Positions 38,201 to 53,600 are shown, counted from the first letter of the stretch. The stretch: DNA of 64,000 bases from Balanoglossus misakiensis (GCA_040954595.2 CM082581.2:7122699-7186698); one strand, 5' to 3'. The notes: generated by a model not told the origin, from the letters alone. Numbers and translations: made by a program.

Positions 38201-41200
38201 GGGTCATCTGTGACAACACGCAATTATATGCACTGCACGGCGCCACCGCCGATTGCGGATTCCGCGTCACGTGACTAATCAACGGCGCTGTTATTGCAGT
38301 TGCCTCAAAAAGACCGACCAAGGTGAACACACATCATTATTTTACCGCGCAGTATTCTCCAGCGCGATTCTCTCGAGTGCTGACACAATAAAAGCACGGT
38401 GCTTGGTCCCTAATTACCCCCAACGGAGTTGTTAACGAGAGCGCAATTGTTTACGTGCTTCTGAACGCGTAGCTTGCGACTGTAGCAAACCGTGACCACA
38501 TCGTACGACCGTCCTTCGCGAGATTGCGCACTATCAGCTTATCCCTCCCCAAAATCCGGGACACCAGGACTAACATCGTTCGATGCATTTGGTAAGATTA
38601 CACGGTGATCGTCGCGATTACAGTATTTTTTTCCACCTAAACTCTGTACAGAGTAAGTTTGATCGAAATGTTTATTAATTGAAGATTGATCAGTTTCTTG
38701 GATTAGTCAAAAACCGATCAGAGTTTTTAATCCCAATCTTTCTACAATCGCTAACCAATCTGGTCTTCGGTGAAATGCGCCTTTTCGTAATATTCCGAAT
38801 CAGATACATGTACTTCTATGGGATCATTTTTTACAGACAAATTCAATTCAGGGATGCACCATCTAGTAGACATGAAATTCTTAATCCATGACATTGTGTC
38901 AATCAGCTCGGCGGAATAACTAGTATATCAACTTTACATACATACAATTATAAAATTGACATCCGGTTCAACGTCAAAGTTCGTGATTCGGTGTTGATTA
39001 GCGACCTATTGGAACTCTCTTGCGGTATTTCGTCGGGACTTCTCGAAAGGCTTGAAAACACTTGAAATCGCATCTTCTATACAATACAATTCACTAAAGA
39101 TTGTGTGATTTGTATCCGATATCAAGATAGAGCTAGCATGCGGGCCATCAAGTACTTGTGAAGTTTGTTTTCCGTGTTGACTCTCCGCCAGCTTAAGTGT
39201 TCGGTAATTTCCACGAAGCGAATTGATACGTTTGGTAAGCCGCTAAATTAAGGCGCAAATGTATAGGGTTTCCAAGAAAACGTGTAGGTTAGTTAAATTA
39301 GCGCTAAATCTGTTTTGAGGGCCCTCCCCCGCCACTGTAAACGGTATTACCACTCTCATCTTGACACGCGTGCGCACAAAATTTGCCTCTTGCGGTTCTG
39401 AAAAAAACTAGTTAAGCTCACCAGAAGATTTTAGTTCCTGGAATGGGATGACGTTGCGGCGTCCTTCTAGCGCGGATACAGCAATTTTGAATTGGTGAGT
39501 AATTCCTTCCCGAATTGAACCGAGTTGGTCCAACTTAAAACCTCACAGTGATTACTGTACTGTGCGTTAACTTTATATAACTCTGAAACAGTTATCACAA
39601 TTTCGAAAAACAACGAAATTTGTTAAAATAACATACCCTGCATAGTATTATGGGATATCTTGATGATGGATATTCGGCAATGATCAGAATAGACAACCTC
39701 GTCGTGTGATGCTCCAACAGGTGGTTGCGGATGCTTTCGTCTTTCTCTCTCTCTCCAAACGCCAGTCACTGGAATCTCGTCATATTAAACGGTGACCGAA
39801 TGACCCTGGAAAAAGCAAACGACAAAGGGACACTTTAGATTCGATACAAGCGCCGTGCACAATGGCTCAATGACAACGTAGCGTGACCGACTGTGGGCAT
39901 GAAAAAATATACACGGGGTAAAACAACAACAAAGAACATTGAAAGACAATTCTGTTCCATGAAGCCTCAATTTTTCGTCGGTTTGTGCTAAAATGACAAA
40001 AAGAGAGACGATGACACAGGGCTGAGGAACGTTTAGTAAATTTCTTACAAAAAGTCGCTCACAATTATTGTGGGTATCAAGCTGGGAATACTACGCACGT
40101 TCCCGCCAAATAACAATGCGTGTGGGTGTCCGAAACGAGAATGCGGAGTCGTGTGGGAGGATTAAAGCGATAGGGACATTTATAAAAATGGGGGAATCTA
40201 ATCGCGCTTTAATACCGAAACAAAGTGCGTGATATAGACCGTTGAATGGCGACTCTGTACCGGTGATTGTTGATAGTAGGGTGCTGCGAAGTGTCTATAC
40301 TTTTGTGATATGGGCACAGAAATGTCGTGAACAGCCTACACGCGAGGTTATCTCCAGTCCTGATATTGGTTTAAAGACCTAAATTTGGATTTGATATATC
40401 TGTGATTGCCCTTGAATAATCGCACATTCTTTCTCTTTGGCATCTAGCGCCATCTACTCCCCATTGATTTAAGAGATTCCAACAAGTGGCATGAGTCAGA
40501 CTCGCACCGCCGCTAGAGGTCGCGCCATAACGAACCAAAACTCAGAACACATTCCATTGTTGTCTTTTGTTGACCGTCCTTGAGCCCCGTATTAAAAGGT
40601 CCTCTGTAATCAATAACCAGACCACCAGAAATATTTTATGGCAGTGTTATGCCTCACATTTAGGTTCTCAACAGAGAAAGGGTGAAAACGTAAACGTCGA
40701 TCAACGTGTAAAAGCGGCCACCCGAAGTCACGTGGTCTTGGTGCAGAAACTGTATCACCCAGACGACTACCATAATGCATAGCGTGCTGCATCAGAAGAG
40801 ATAAACCTCCAAAAACACAACAACCATAGATTAACATCTATCGTGCAGAATGAGCCTTTTCATCAGGCTGAGCGGTCTTGTTTGTATTCGTGCGAAATAG
40901 ACGAAAAATATCATCATTGCACGGCTCTTTTGAACGCGCAACCCCACTGCGTTTCTCCATGCCTCCCGATGATACTCTGGAGTCGCGACATTAAATTTGT
41001 CACCAAAACCGGGTCAGCAACCATGATATCGCGCCATTAATTCGACACAAATCGTTTCAGATATCAATTGGGCAATAAATGCAATCTGATTCAAATATCA
41101 TAATCAAGACTTCTGAGACGATTTTATTGCGACCTTTCCCTTCCATTGTTTAGGATGCGACAATGCTACATAACTTTTTCAGCCCGAGAACTGAAGGATT

Positions 41201-44200
41201 ATAGAGGTAATACTGTTTCGTCCACAGACTTGCATTGAAACATTCCTTCTTTGATTTTTTTCAGATTCCCGCCGTTCATTCAACAGACAGAATCAAAAGA
41301 ACGAATGAAAAACAATCCATTGACATTTCAGGTGGGTACATGTAGGTGATCACGGGTCAATTTGCACATAAAGCACTGATTGCATGAAGCTCGAGCGAAT
41401 GTATTTAATAATAGTAGTACATTTTACATAGTGGTTTCAATCTACGAGCGACAGAGGTGACATAACCTTAAACGACTTTGCCAATCCTGTGTATCACACT
41501 CGTAGCCAGCCAAGCAACCGACGTGAAAAAAAAACATCCTGCAAACCCACGTCCTTCGCAATCATCAACCACTGATCGAACCTGCGGGGTACCCTTTGCC
41601 CCCGGTGTCCGAGCAACAATTCCCGTGGGCTTATCGCCGGACAAGCGACCTCCATAGTTAGTGTATTCACGTCGTACTTCCGTCTGGGGGTAATGTACTA
41701 TCGTTGCCGTGGCGACTCTGGTCGGTTGTTCTCAGTATTGTTGATGTGTCCGCGCAAACTCGTAGCGCCTGAACCACACCAGGCCGAAACGGGCCCAACA
41801 TCTTTGGCAGAGTTGTGCAAAAACCTACTAAACGTTTAACAGCCTTCTGAAGACATTTAGGCCACAGAGCGAAGTCGAATGATTTTATAATTATCGCATA
41901 CTTCACTTCTGCTAACCGGAATATTACTATCGTTTTCCGATTTTGTCTAAGCCAATCACTCCTGTATTTTATTAGCACAGTACTTCCAATTCAATTACGC
42001 ATGCCCGGTACATTCCAAACATGCCAGATGGCCAGTCGACAGAGGAACCCCTGGGAAATAAAAAATGTTTGCGAGTGTCAGTGCTGCCTGCTGACAAAGC
42101 TTCGCAGTGACCTCCAGGTACTCGTCAATGGTGGCAATTTTATCATTTTCACCGTGTCATCAAAGTCGCTCCGGTGTTTCCAATAACAGGCGAGGCGAGG
42201 CATCACTCTCAGCTGAGTCTCGTTTTCCAAAACTTGCGCAGACGTTTGCCGTACCCCCCCCCCCCCAACTACAGAAATAAACATGCGAATGTAATCGACA
42301 TAGATTTTGGTCCGGTGCTCCAGCCACTCTAATAGCCCCACATAGTTGTAAAATGTAAATAAAATAGGCACTTCAGCAATCATCACAAAGCACCTCGGAT
42401 TTGGGCAACTGCCACACAGGATTGGAATGCATATTCGCGACCTACTTATTTCACGCCCTGAGATAGGTTGTTCTCCAAATTTAATTTTCCCCTAAATGAT
42501 ACTAAATTTCTTCATGCCAAGCCAACAGATTGACTTGAAATACATTCAACTTACGGAGAGAATTTTACTCAGAACAAATAGCGGAAATCAATGCTCACGA
42601 AGTACATTTTGTGTACATAACCTTTCCTCTTACATTTGGCACCTAAAACGACAGAAAAGGCGAAATGAGAATAGCTCAAACCATTACTGCAGTGTCTCTG
42701 CTACTCATATTTCTAACCTTTTAAAACGGTCCTTCACCTGATCGTCTTGTCTCGCGGCCACAGACGTGATTTGCATAACAGAGGCATTGTTAACCGCGCA
42801 ACAATAAGTTATTCAGGTCACGACTGGAGAAAAGGAAAGGGTATTTAGCACAACGACACGACAGGTCGCGCGATCGATGATTGCGATGGTGGTGTTGCGT
42901 GAATGTTACCGTGGTGGGTTTATGCGTGGATGTTGACTGTCGTCATGGTGATAGTTTGTTGCATATTTCTACAAGTTCCACCACAAAACTTCATCTGCCG
43001 CAGTTTCAGTGCAGCATTCATGGCCAACATGAACGACTCGGCCGATTGCTCAAAAACATCAGAAAATCGCACAAATATAGCTCAAATCGATAATTTTATT
43101 TTTTGAATTAAAGGGGATTGCGCGACCGTTTTGGATTTTCCACAAGTTGAACAACCTTTTTTCATCACTTCGCCCATCAGTTTATTTACAATGATGACAA
43201 CCGTATACACACGCAAGCTTCAATGCGAGTGGCAAAGTATACCGCCTCGAAAAACCTCAATTCAGGTCAGTTTCTACAGTTTGATGTGAAAGGCCCTGGT
43301 GAGGCGACTACGCCTCCGTGCAAATATGGTTGAATACGGCGGACAAATGGCACATGCAAAGGCAACAAAGCCGGGGTCAAGTGGTCGCGGAAATTCGAAC
43401 GTCTGATCTGTATATTTCCTCGAGAGTCTCACAATCACAAAATACCCAATAAGCTTTGAAAAGCACCCGTGCGATCTTCGGGGCAAATGGAAACAAAATC
43501 GCACTTTTCTTTAATAGTAATAAGGGTTTACACAAAAAATCTATTTTTCGGTAATCTGTGTTGATCTCGTGCATTTTACAGATTTCAAAAGAAAAATAGT
43601 CGATGGCCAACACCGCCGAACGCTGGCCTACAGCGACGAAACAATCGAAGGACGTGGATAGTTTGCGACTGCCATCAATTTCAAAACAAGCAAAGGAAAT
43701 AATTCTTTCAGGCGACTTTCATTTTCTGCTGTGTTGGGTGATTGAGAATGTGTCATTGTGTTGTTTTGTGGTCGTGCCGTAAATTTTACCGCGTGCCCCG
43801 AATGTCGTGACAATTGCGTGGACGGTCCTCCGACCCGTTGTCATTCATCTGTGACAATTCCAAACGACCTGTTTGTCCTGGCATCGCGATGCGACGGGCT
43901 TTTCTTGGTTTTTAACCGCGTTCACTATCATGTCACCGGTGATCAATAGTGTTTTTCCTGTTTTGCTGGGGTCTATGCCGTCGTAAATGATGTTTGCGGA
44001 CTCAGCAGAACAGACGGGTCACAGTGTGCTTTTGTGCATTTGCAACAAGCATAGCGACAAAGCGCCCTACATTGTTCCCTGTCGTTGTCTCACGAACATC
44101 AAATTTTTCATCGAACTGACATTTCCTTATCTTGTCCTTGGCCACCGTCGGTGTAATTATCTTGTTTTTGCCATTTCTTGTACAAAATTAATGTCTTCCT

Positions 44201-46826
44201 CAGTAAGGTTCCAAAAGGTTCCATTCACGCGCATTTTTAATGATAAGTCGGCATTACCAGTGTTTTTTTCACATCGCAAAATGAAACGTAACTGGTGCCG
44301 CGCAACATGCAAATAAACTTTAACCTGAATCAAATAACGACGAACAACACGTCATAATTTGCCGGCGGGGGCGCCGGCCGCGCCCCCATAAATCAACAGG
44401 TGGTTGTTGTGGGTCATGTTGTTTAATCGTTTGTTGTTTTGTTTCTAACGATCCAAGAACCACACAAAATTACAATCGAGATAAACTGATTCAAGTTTGT
44501 GTCGTCAGATACGTAATCTTTATAGTGATAAGTCCAAGTTATTAGTAAGTTTGTATTAGATGTCGAAGACGTCAGTCTACGGATAATTCCCGCCAATTTA
44601 AAAACAAAACTAAACGTGGGAATTGCGATATTGATAATTGTGGCATCCACATTGAATGAACCACAGGCACTCATATTTTATCAATTTAAGGAACATATGA
44701 TATGCACACCTAGTTAGACGCGATATTGAGATATATTGAAACTATATCATACCATGCATGCGAGTTAAGTCAAGCCGAATCTAGGGCGAACAGGAGCTGA
44801 ACATAAACACCGCAAAGTTGCACACAACTGCCTGGATACTCGCTAATAGATGGAATCATGCTCACAATTAATGACGTAAATATTTGCTCGTACCGGTCTT
44901 CGATTCCGCAAACAAGTGTCGAGATTTTGCGACACACGATATTTTTGCCACCACCCGTGACATCGCATGGCCGGTGATGTGCGACTCGTCCACAAGAGCA
45001 CTTCACCTCAAACCGGGGTTAAGTACTATAACAATTAAAAACCTGTCAAGTTTGAATTTTTGAATAAAAGGGGTATTCAAAAACCCCGGGGTACTTAGTT
45101 TAGGCTATGTCCAGTGGGTCCAAGGTACACGTGAATAGACGACTATGGTGCAACCCGTACCGTGAATCGGATGGCGAAATACCTAAAAACCACATAAAAT
45201 CTCAAGAGAATTGACACAATATCGGGAAAAACACACAACCCCTCCATCGTAAACGTTCACTATAACTACCAACGAGGTGTCTTCGACTTGTTAATCTCAG
45301 CACGATACGTTAACGACCTTTTTACGACGGGGGCTGAAAGTGTCCCGGTAATTGGCTGGCGGAGGAGTAACGTCACCGATGGCTGTCGGCTCATCCAACC
45401 AGAGCGCGTCTCTTGATTGGGTCGGCACGGCAGCCTATTAGTAATTTTCTCACGTTCGGGACAGTCTCGTATTGCATCAAGTGGTGCGGCAGCAATTCAG
45501 CCAGACTCAATGACGCAATCTGTTTTCATCGAGTGTGATTTGTTTTCCCCGTGAAAGTGCACGGGGTCTTCATACTCTGAAAGAAACGGACAATTTGATA
45601 GTTGTATACACGAGGTGTCAAGCCCGCAATATCCGTAGATTGTGTGTATCATGTCTGTATTTGGCCGACCGGTCGACGTGACGCGAATTCCAATGGCCAT
45701 GAAAATATCGCAGTACCTTGGATTTTTGTTCGAGTGCCATAAAATAGGAGAACCGAGCAACGATTTAATCGAAAGAACGACCTACTTTTCGGCCAGGGTT
45801 GTCCTGGTTATACTTTTTTTCTAAGAACACTTAACGTACTTCAAATTTAACGGCATGCTTGTGTTGCTTTCTGAAATGCAAAACGCAACTGCGCACACGA
45901 TTTTCGCGTCCGCAACCCCAGAACAGAAAATCTCGTGTGATGAGAATGGGGACAAACGACATTAGCATTCTGAGTACCATACAACATAGTAAAAGTATTT
46001 ATTTTTCGAGGCTCCTGTCCCCGACAAGATTTATTATCACAAAGATAAAATTACAGATTCTTTTCTTGCGATTAATACAATGACTGTGAATTATAAAGAA
46101 GAGCACTGCCTTCTCTCCAGGCCTTGAGTTTGGCAAAGACCCTCCATTAATCACCTGATTGTCGCAATGGATTGTCGGACGGAGAAATCAAAATAGAGCG
46201 CTTGTGGACGGTCACGGTCTTGTCTTTCTAGCTTGGTCTACCACTAACTACACACTGTCATCGTGGTACACACATTCCACGATAGTAAAACAAGTCTGCA
46301 GAGAAAACTACCTCAGAAGTAAAAATAAAATAAAATCATATTGCCACTGTATTTTACATCGCATCTTTGAAACAGAGAGACGCTGGTCAGTGCTGTATAA
46401 AAAATAGTACTAAAAACAGTTACATGTCCGAGAAAATTGGCTTCCGATTGAACATTAAACGGTCTTGTCTTTTTAAAATAAATTATTCCGCTAAATATCG
46501 AAAAGGTCACTCTTGCTTGTCAAATTACGTGTGCGTGAAATTGACCATGTTAACAATGGACGGAAATGGCCACCGTGGTGGTCTTGTATTTGGCTTTTGT
46601 CGTGTTTGGGTTTTGTTTCTGCAACTAACTCGCACTCCAATATTTGGTCAAAAACTCTACCGAGTACTATCCTATCGTATGTCAATGTTCACTGTCCGTG
46701 CTTCAGTTGAATGTAAACTGGTGTTTCTGGAGCTAGATCGAGCAGAATCCCCCCACGGGACGGCTGTGTCGGGCTTTTAATAGAAAAAAATGTAAATGGT
46801 GTTGAGTTCCTTGCTTTATAATTTGA

Positions 46827-47645
46827 CTACGCGGCATCAGCGTCTGCAGTGGTTAAATTTTCTGCGCCGTTTTCCGCTATGAGCGGCAAGTGGTCTGAGG
46901 TGTCCCCCGAGGGTTCGTCGCCCGTGTCAGAGCGAGCCTTTTCGCACGCCTCCAGCCACTGCATGATAGTCCTGCTCTTGGTCGGCTCGAGGAAGCCGAC
47001 CGCGTCACAGTGGTCCTCGTCGCCCTCCGCTGGTGGCTCTAGCGTGGGCTGAAAGGAGAGCTTGCGCTCGTGCAGCAAGTTCTGTCGGCTGGAGGTGCAC
47101 TCGTCTTCGTCGTACCTGATGATGACGGTCAGCTCACGCTGCACAGGTTGCCGTACATACACTTCCTCGATCGTTGACACGCTCGCTTTCTTCTTGGGCG
47201 CCATCTTGGGGAGAGACGATGCGTTCGAGCTGGAGGATTCCCGCCTCCGCTTGTCGACGCCTGTCTCCCTGTGTTGGGTCGTCAGCGCTGTTCTCGCCGT
47301 CAGCTGGGAGTCCCCCCTGTCGCCGTGAATTCTCGTCTCTAGCCCCAGGGTGGTTTTATTCCTGCAGAGACCGGGCATCTTTTCCTCGGCCGCGGCCTTA
47401 TCTCCCGGCTGCGATGTCTCCAGCCGCGCCGTCAACTTCTTCCTGGGCAACTGTCGCCTGGGAGGTTGCACGGCGCTGTTCGAGCTGCTGCTACTCGACC
47501 AGCCGTTCGACGACTTGTTCTTGCTGTACAGCGACACGGACTCGGTAACCCCGCCGCGAGTCAGCCGCGGGCGGCCGTTGTTGACGACGGGGATCGGCGG
47601 GAAGGTCGACAACACCTGTCGCCTCAGCAATTCGTCCTTGCACAT
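46827..47645 (-). CDS. Gene F: 272-aa disordered protein with FLEPTKSRTIMQWLEAC helix
   Basis: GC-rich ORF. Acceptor tgctcgtttgctcttcag| 27 nt upstream of the ATG (exon starts 47672). Shared C-terminal motif. Confidence 0.84.
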   Translation of the reverse strand: MCKDELLRRQVLSTFPPIPVVNNGRPRLTRGGVTESVSLYSKNKSSNGWSSSSSSNSAVQPPRRQLPRKKLTARLETSQPGDKAAAEEKMPGLCRNKTTLGLETRIHGDRGDSQLTARTALTTQHRETGVDKRRRESSSSNASSLPKMAPKKKASVSTIEEVYVRQPVQRELTVIIRYDEDECTSSRQNLLHERKLSFQPTLEPPAEGDEDHCDAVGFLEPTKSRTIMQWLEACEKARSDTGDEPSGDTSDHLPLIAENGAENLTTADADAA

Positions 47646-50600
47646 ACTGTCTGTACGCGTGTAATTGCCAAGCTGAAGAGCAAACGAGCAATACAGACAA
47701 TCAATTAAGGTGATACCATTTGCGAAAACAACACTTTATCACCTAAGCTCCCACTGCCACCGTTTTGTGTAACATCCACAGCGTCTGCCAAGTCCTTATT
47801 AAACTTAGCAACCACTTGTTTAGAGGGAAAAAGTCGACGTCCCCATTTTGTATATGTCTGGACCGAATTTTATTGTAACGCGCATACAATAGCTTCGGTA
47901 TTGTATTTCTGACATTTGAGTCTCGCACAAGAGACGGCGTTTGTTCGCAATCAAATCAAAATGAACTAAGGCTTCTGGATTCCACTTGGTGAAAAAAAAT
48001 CGAAATTTCTCGACTCACCTTTTTGAGAAATATCTCTAATTTGAACAGGAAAGTGTTCCTTTATAGCCAGTGGACGGATCGGGCATCGGCGGTGGTGACT
48101 CTTCTGGACGGATGCTCGTGTGTTCCCGTTCTCCGCAGAGTGAGTTGCCGTTCTTATACCGCCGACCGACTCGGTGTGATTGCACACGGGACTACAGAGA
48201 ATTTGACAAGGGTGGCTGCTCACAAATGCCCAGCGGCTGGGCTGCCGATTGTTGCGTTGTTGACAAGAAGAATGGCTGTGACGTAAATGGAGATATCATC
48301 CAGCCAATAACACGCCACTCGTCTCCTTGCAAAAAAAAGAAGTGTCGACGCATGCGCTCGCCGACGCATCGAGTCATTCAACCTCGACGGCCGCCAGCCT
48401 GACAACGTCGATTGCATGGGTTTCTAACCGAACTTCTTGTATGGCCGGCTTTTCATATTTACAGCCCGTAAACAACTTATATGTGAGCGATAGAGTTTCA
48501 TTTTCTCTCCATAATATTATTAAATATACGTGCTTCGCACGACAGCCTAACACGGATTCAATAAAACGGACGTGTTTATCGCATATTCGATATCGAGGGC
48601 TATTCATAGTTTAATTTTGAGTATTAGATATTTTTCACTCAGACAAAATGCAGCTGTTTTGAAGCACTTTTCTTTCTGTTTTATAACTTCATTACCGGTT
48701 AGTCACATATTCTATGGCGAGACTCTCGAGGAGATCAAAAGTACACTGACTTCCAAGCATCGCGCCGCTAATGTAATACTGAAGGTCGGGGGGGGGGGGG
48801 GGTCGTCTGTGTTTCAGTAATGTGGTAGTTTCTTCAATTCCCTCCACGCGAAGTCATTCACCGTGCAGTGTTTTGTGTCTGAGTGCAACGACAAACACAC
48901 CAAACAGAACATTTTAGGTACTTAATAAAAGCCATTACATCTATGAAACGCTGTAAAGGAACCCCTTTGAATTGACAAACAAGTCTATCTACATTTTTTG
49001 TGCGCGTCCATAAAATCTCAATAGGACACACCTGGTAACTCGGATCGGACTTTGTCGTCAAGAGGGCGGTGTCTGTTCGCGCGATTGATCCGTCGAACGG
49101 CGGCGGCGTGTCATCGCCGGTCGAAGTGCGCACATCCCTAGCTTTCAATTGAAAATGCAGCCGTGACTACTCACATGGCTCGCGGAGGGCAAACATTACT
49201 CGCCCAAGGGGCAACCTGATACACTTGTTCGCCACGATTCTCCTATTGAGACATATATTCATGGCTTGTCCCCTGCCCCAAAGAGTTAAATTATATTTCC
49301 CTCAGAAAGTTTACAATGCCCATTTACATCAAGTTGAATCAAGTTCGCGCGGCGAGTGCTCGGTTTGCCGAGAACCACACAGGAGCCAAGCGTCAATAAT
49401 TTTGCCCGAATAAATCAAATTCGGGGGATCCAGAAAGTAGCTGAATCATTTCCTTTGACGCACGCGAGATAAGAAATTCATAGCATTTCATAGCCTCGGG
49501 GTTCTATCCCGAACGTGCTTTTCTTCATCCGGGGTTTTAACGAACCGCACGCGGTCGAAAAAGTAAAACGTCACTATTCTTTTAAGTTACATTGACTATA
49601 GTACGTCACAGAAACTGGAGTAAAGGTAGTGATGAGTACGTCTTTTACCCCTGTTAGTATTAAGCTATAATTTTTAAAAACATGTTTTATACATTAAAGG
49701 TTGATTCGAAATCTTTATTCCTTTCACTCATCATTCAGAGTGTCCTTTTGAGTTACTTTCTCAAATAAAACCGAATAATTTGCCTTAAAGTTTAATCCAG
49801 TTTACAGCACTCAACGATTCCCGAAACTTCAGAATATTTGAAATGGCAACACGTGGGGGGATTTATGAGTAAAACTAACACAACGGAGTTGTTCACTCAA
49901 GGTTTTGACGTTGCCGTCATATAGAGCCAATATCCGATCCCCCCAAAACCCGAGGCAGCCGGGAGGCGTACGTGTCACCCGTGCCGTTCTGAGGGGGGGA
50001 CCGCGATCAAAGTGTCTCGTCGACGTCGTATCGCATGACTGCCGACCTATTCACGCGACTGATACCTGAAGGGAGGAATCCATTAGCTCCGAGTCGCAAT
50101 ACTTAAAGTACTTACGAGCGTGCGGAGATAATGCGACGCAAGAGCGCATTGTATCATGACTCGCCCTTCTTGATGATGACTTCAATTGATCAAATTGAAT
50201 CATGAAACGGGGGTCAAATCACTCTTGTAAGCAAAAACGCAATTACGTGAACTCCATTTAAGCAGATCGTTTATGGTCCACAGAACAGGTGGAAGGAAAT
50301 GTAATGTTTAGAAAAAAAGAAATGTCCCCGTGGAATGGGTTGCAATAAATGTTTACCCAACCACCCATCGTCCTCTGAGAATCATGATGCAATATCGAGA
50401 TCTCGTGTATTCGATTTTTTAAATTGAAAAACCCAGTCCGGGTATTGCAACTCGACCCATGATATTGCCACTCCGAAAATCTGCACGGCACTTTAAAAAT
50501 AAAAGCAATTTTATTTTAAGTGTGCAATATGAAATCCTAGGAAAGACACTGATTTGACCTTGCCAACACATCTTGGCTGAACGAAAGTCTTTTACAGTAT

Positions 50601-53600
50601 GTAATCTTATGAGGAGTCACTTCGAAACAGAAAAAAAGGCGAGCTCGTCATCTTATGGTCAAATGGTCAAAATTCATATATGTCCATCACATTGTAACGC
50701 TTAGATTTGCATGCATCTTGAATTTCAATTTGTGGTATATTCATAGCAGCTTGGCGTATATTTACACCATGGTCTCTGATTTACAATTCGACTGTGAAAA
50801 ATAGAAAACTTTGAAGTTTCCCTGGCCTGGGCAAAGTTTGAACTTTCGACTCCCCTTTTGTCGATTTCCAAACTATTTAGAAAGGCGATCCACCAAAACA
50901 CAATTATTTGGGTAAAATGAGAGTAGCCTGGGTTATTTTAACAATCCAGCGCCCGAAACCCAATTAGTTGGTCAAAATCGAAGGCGTACAAAAATAATCC
51001 TGTGTCTATTCTGAGAATAATGTTTATCGCATCCCAAACAAAGCACCCGCGATAACAATATCCATAGCTGTTCAATCCTTGTCGGGACATGTGGAAAAAA
51101 GTGCATTCAACAGACGCGTTCGGTCGAAAGGATTATGGTGCGCGATTTGTTTTGTCAGAATGCGCAGAACAATAACACCTGTTGTTGTGTGAGGCGAGAG
51201 AGTGGTGTCAAATACGTGTATTGCTGCACGTAGGCACGACGGTTGACCTTGTGTGTCCCCGCAGGGGAGGGAGGGGGAGGGGAGAGTCACTGTCATGTAA
51301 ACCATACATAGCGACAGATTCTTAATTGTGGTAATCCTGCCGTTTGTGGCTAAAGAGTTCACAAATTATAGACATCCCCCGAATTGGACGTGGCAGCCAT
51401 CATTTCCGCTTCCTTGGGCGTCGTATGATTCCAGAGTACCACAATTTTTGAGTTTCTTAATTTTTGAAATTTACTTAAAAATAGTTTTTAGTGGTATCAT
51501 TAATTCATAAAACCAAAACCAAACGTTTAATACCAAGCATTTTGAGCAAAAGTACATAGAAGGTGTTTGTTCGTCAGGCTGATGATGGTATATTACGATT
51601 ATTTCAGCATAAACTATATTTTCTTAAAAATCTTAATCTTTATGACAGGAAGTAACTTCATTTTTTTATTTCCACGTTTTTTCCTCGGTCCTTGTAATTG
51701 TCCGGTCAACAGTTGCAACCCTCGGGTGATTGCCAAACTTTCAAGGTGCTTGATTACCACAGCATGTTGGCTATTTTTGTCTCAGTGGAACAATGTACTT
51801 TTGGATCAATTCCTCCAAGCGGCATATTAACCCGAACTTGAACTCGGCAGTGTCAAGGCCAGGGAGTGCGGATGAGTAAAAACCGTTTTACGGATGGAAA
51901 TATTTTCATCGCATATTATTTCGTCTTCTCCGAAAGCTTCGTATACACATGTGACGTCACTGGTGAACGGCACTTTGATTTTTGATAACAATTTATCCGA
52001 AATAACTTATTTATCTTCAATGTGCGTATGTTCCCTTTAAGTTATGTTTTTTTTTTGCAAACATACATAGGGAAAAACGAAGGGAAGTGAATGAGTCAGT
52101 CTTGCGAAAGGAAACGGCTGTTTTCACCTACTTTGATGTATGTTCTGCTGTTGTTGAAATTTTACAAGTCGCATGATTGGCCTGGGTGAGTGCGTCATTA
52201 GAACAATAACACGGAAAGGATAGTTGCCTCAGAATCAGTCGTCTATGGATGTGGCTGTTGAAATGACAGCACCAGAGTACAATGGGTGAACTTTCTGGCA
52301 ATTGGTGCGGGGCGGGCTGTCCTCACTGTGCACACAACAATAGCACCTGTTGTGTCCATAACACGGGTCACGGTGCCTCTGTCTTTCGGACCCAATATCG
52401 CGTACGCGACCTTGGCGCTTGAATTAGACGCTGCTCGCTTATTGAAGGAAGGGAGCGGGGGTGGGGGGGGGGGTCGTTTCACATTTTAGGACAAATGAAA
52501 AGGGGCTTGGCGGTACACTGAATATGTGTGGGGTATAGTTGCATTGTACTCGTTGTGAAGGTTCAAAGTTTGTCTATTAATTTGCCATCCTTGATATCAT
52601 TCGTGGCAACTAGATTAGATGGTTAATGAAGCCGCGTTCGCTTAAAGAAAGGACAATTAAGTAAGGGAAATAAAACCATTGTACCCCCGGGGGGATCCGC
52701 TCTGAGAACTAATAATAGCAGGTTGGCAGGTTAACATGTCAGGGTCATTATCGCGTTGATTCGTGGGAATTCTGTACAGGAATTTTGCTTTGGGGTTTAA
52801 GGGTTATTCTGAGTAAAGTAGTCACCTTTCAAACAACGATAGAAAAGCAAGCTATATTTTAACACACCTGTTGAATCATCACTAATGTACACTCGCACCG
52901 AAGAGGTAACAGCGACACCAACGGTCACTAAAGCGTGACCGTTGAGTACTATTAACCTAATCCAGAAAGCCTAATATTTATCTCTCTCTGTCTCTCTCTT
53001 TCAGATTTAAGCGCAGTTCCCGCTGTTTTCAGTAATAATTGTGTTCACTCTGCTCGGAATCTCGTGAGATGAGGCTGACTTCCTGAATAAGAAGCTGATT
53101 CAGGTCAGTGATCTGTACATAAGTGTTTACTTACGAGTAATAGCAGGTTCAACTGAGTCCATACACGGAGAGCGGGTTCGGAAATTAAGGTTTATTCTGC
53201 AGACGTCATCTTTCAAGTCGTTTTCCACGAAGCCTTGGGGACTGTAATGACTTAGTCAAGCGACGAGCGCCAGTCTTTTGGCTTGTTTTGCAACGCGTTC
53301 GTCATGGTCAACACGGAGTGTTGGTGGAAATTCAATATGCGCTCTGCGTCATTCCCACAGCAACGAACAGCGAAAGTCGATTAAACTTCGCGCGCTCGAT
53401 CGGGCCCACTCACACAAACAAACAAAACATCGACTGCGTCATCGTTGATCCAAACACGATTCTCATTTTAGTAACAATTATTCCGGAAAAACGAGCTATG
53501 GCGTGTGTCGACAAAAATTGTTGTGTTTTTATTTTTTCAAACTTTAAGGGGAAGGGAGTAGTTATACACCGAGTTATCTCCGTGAACTTGAGTTTCCATC

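Noticed and set aside
52022-52040. TTAA-flanked end resembling a non-autonomous DNA transposon terminus (…ttccctTTAA)
   Set aside because: I found no matching inverted terminus or second copy in the window.
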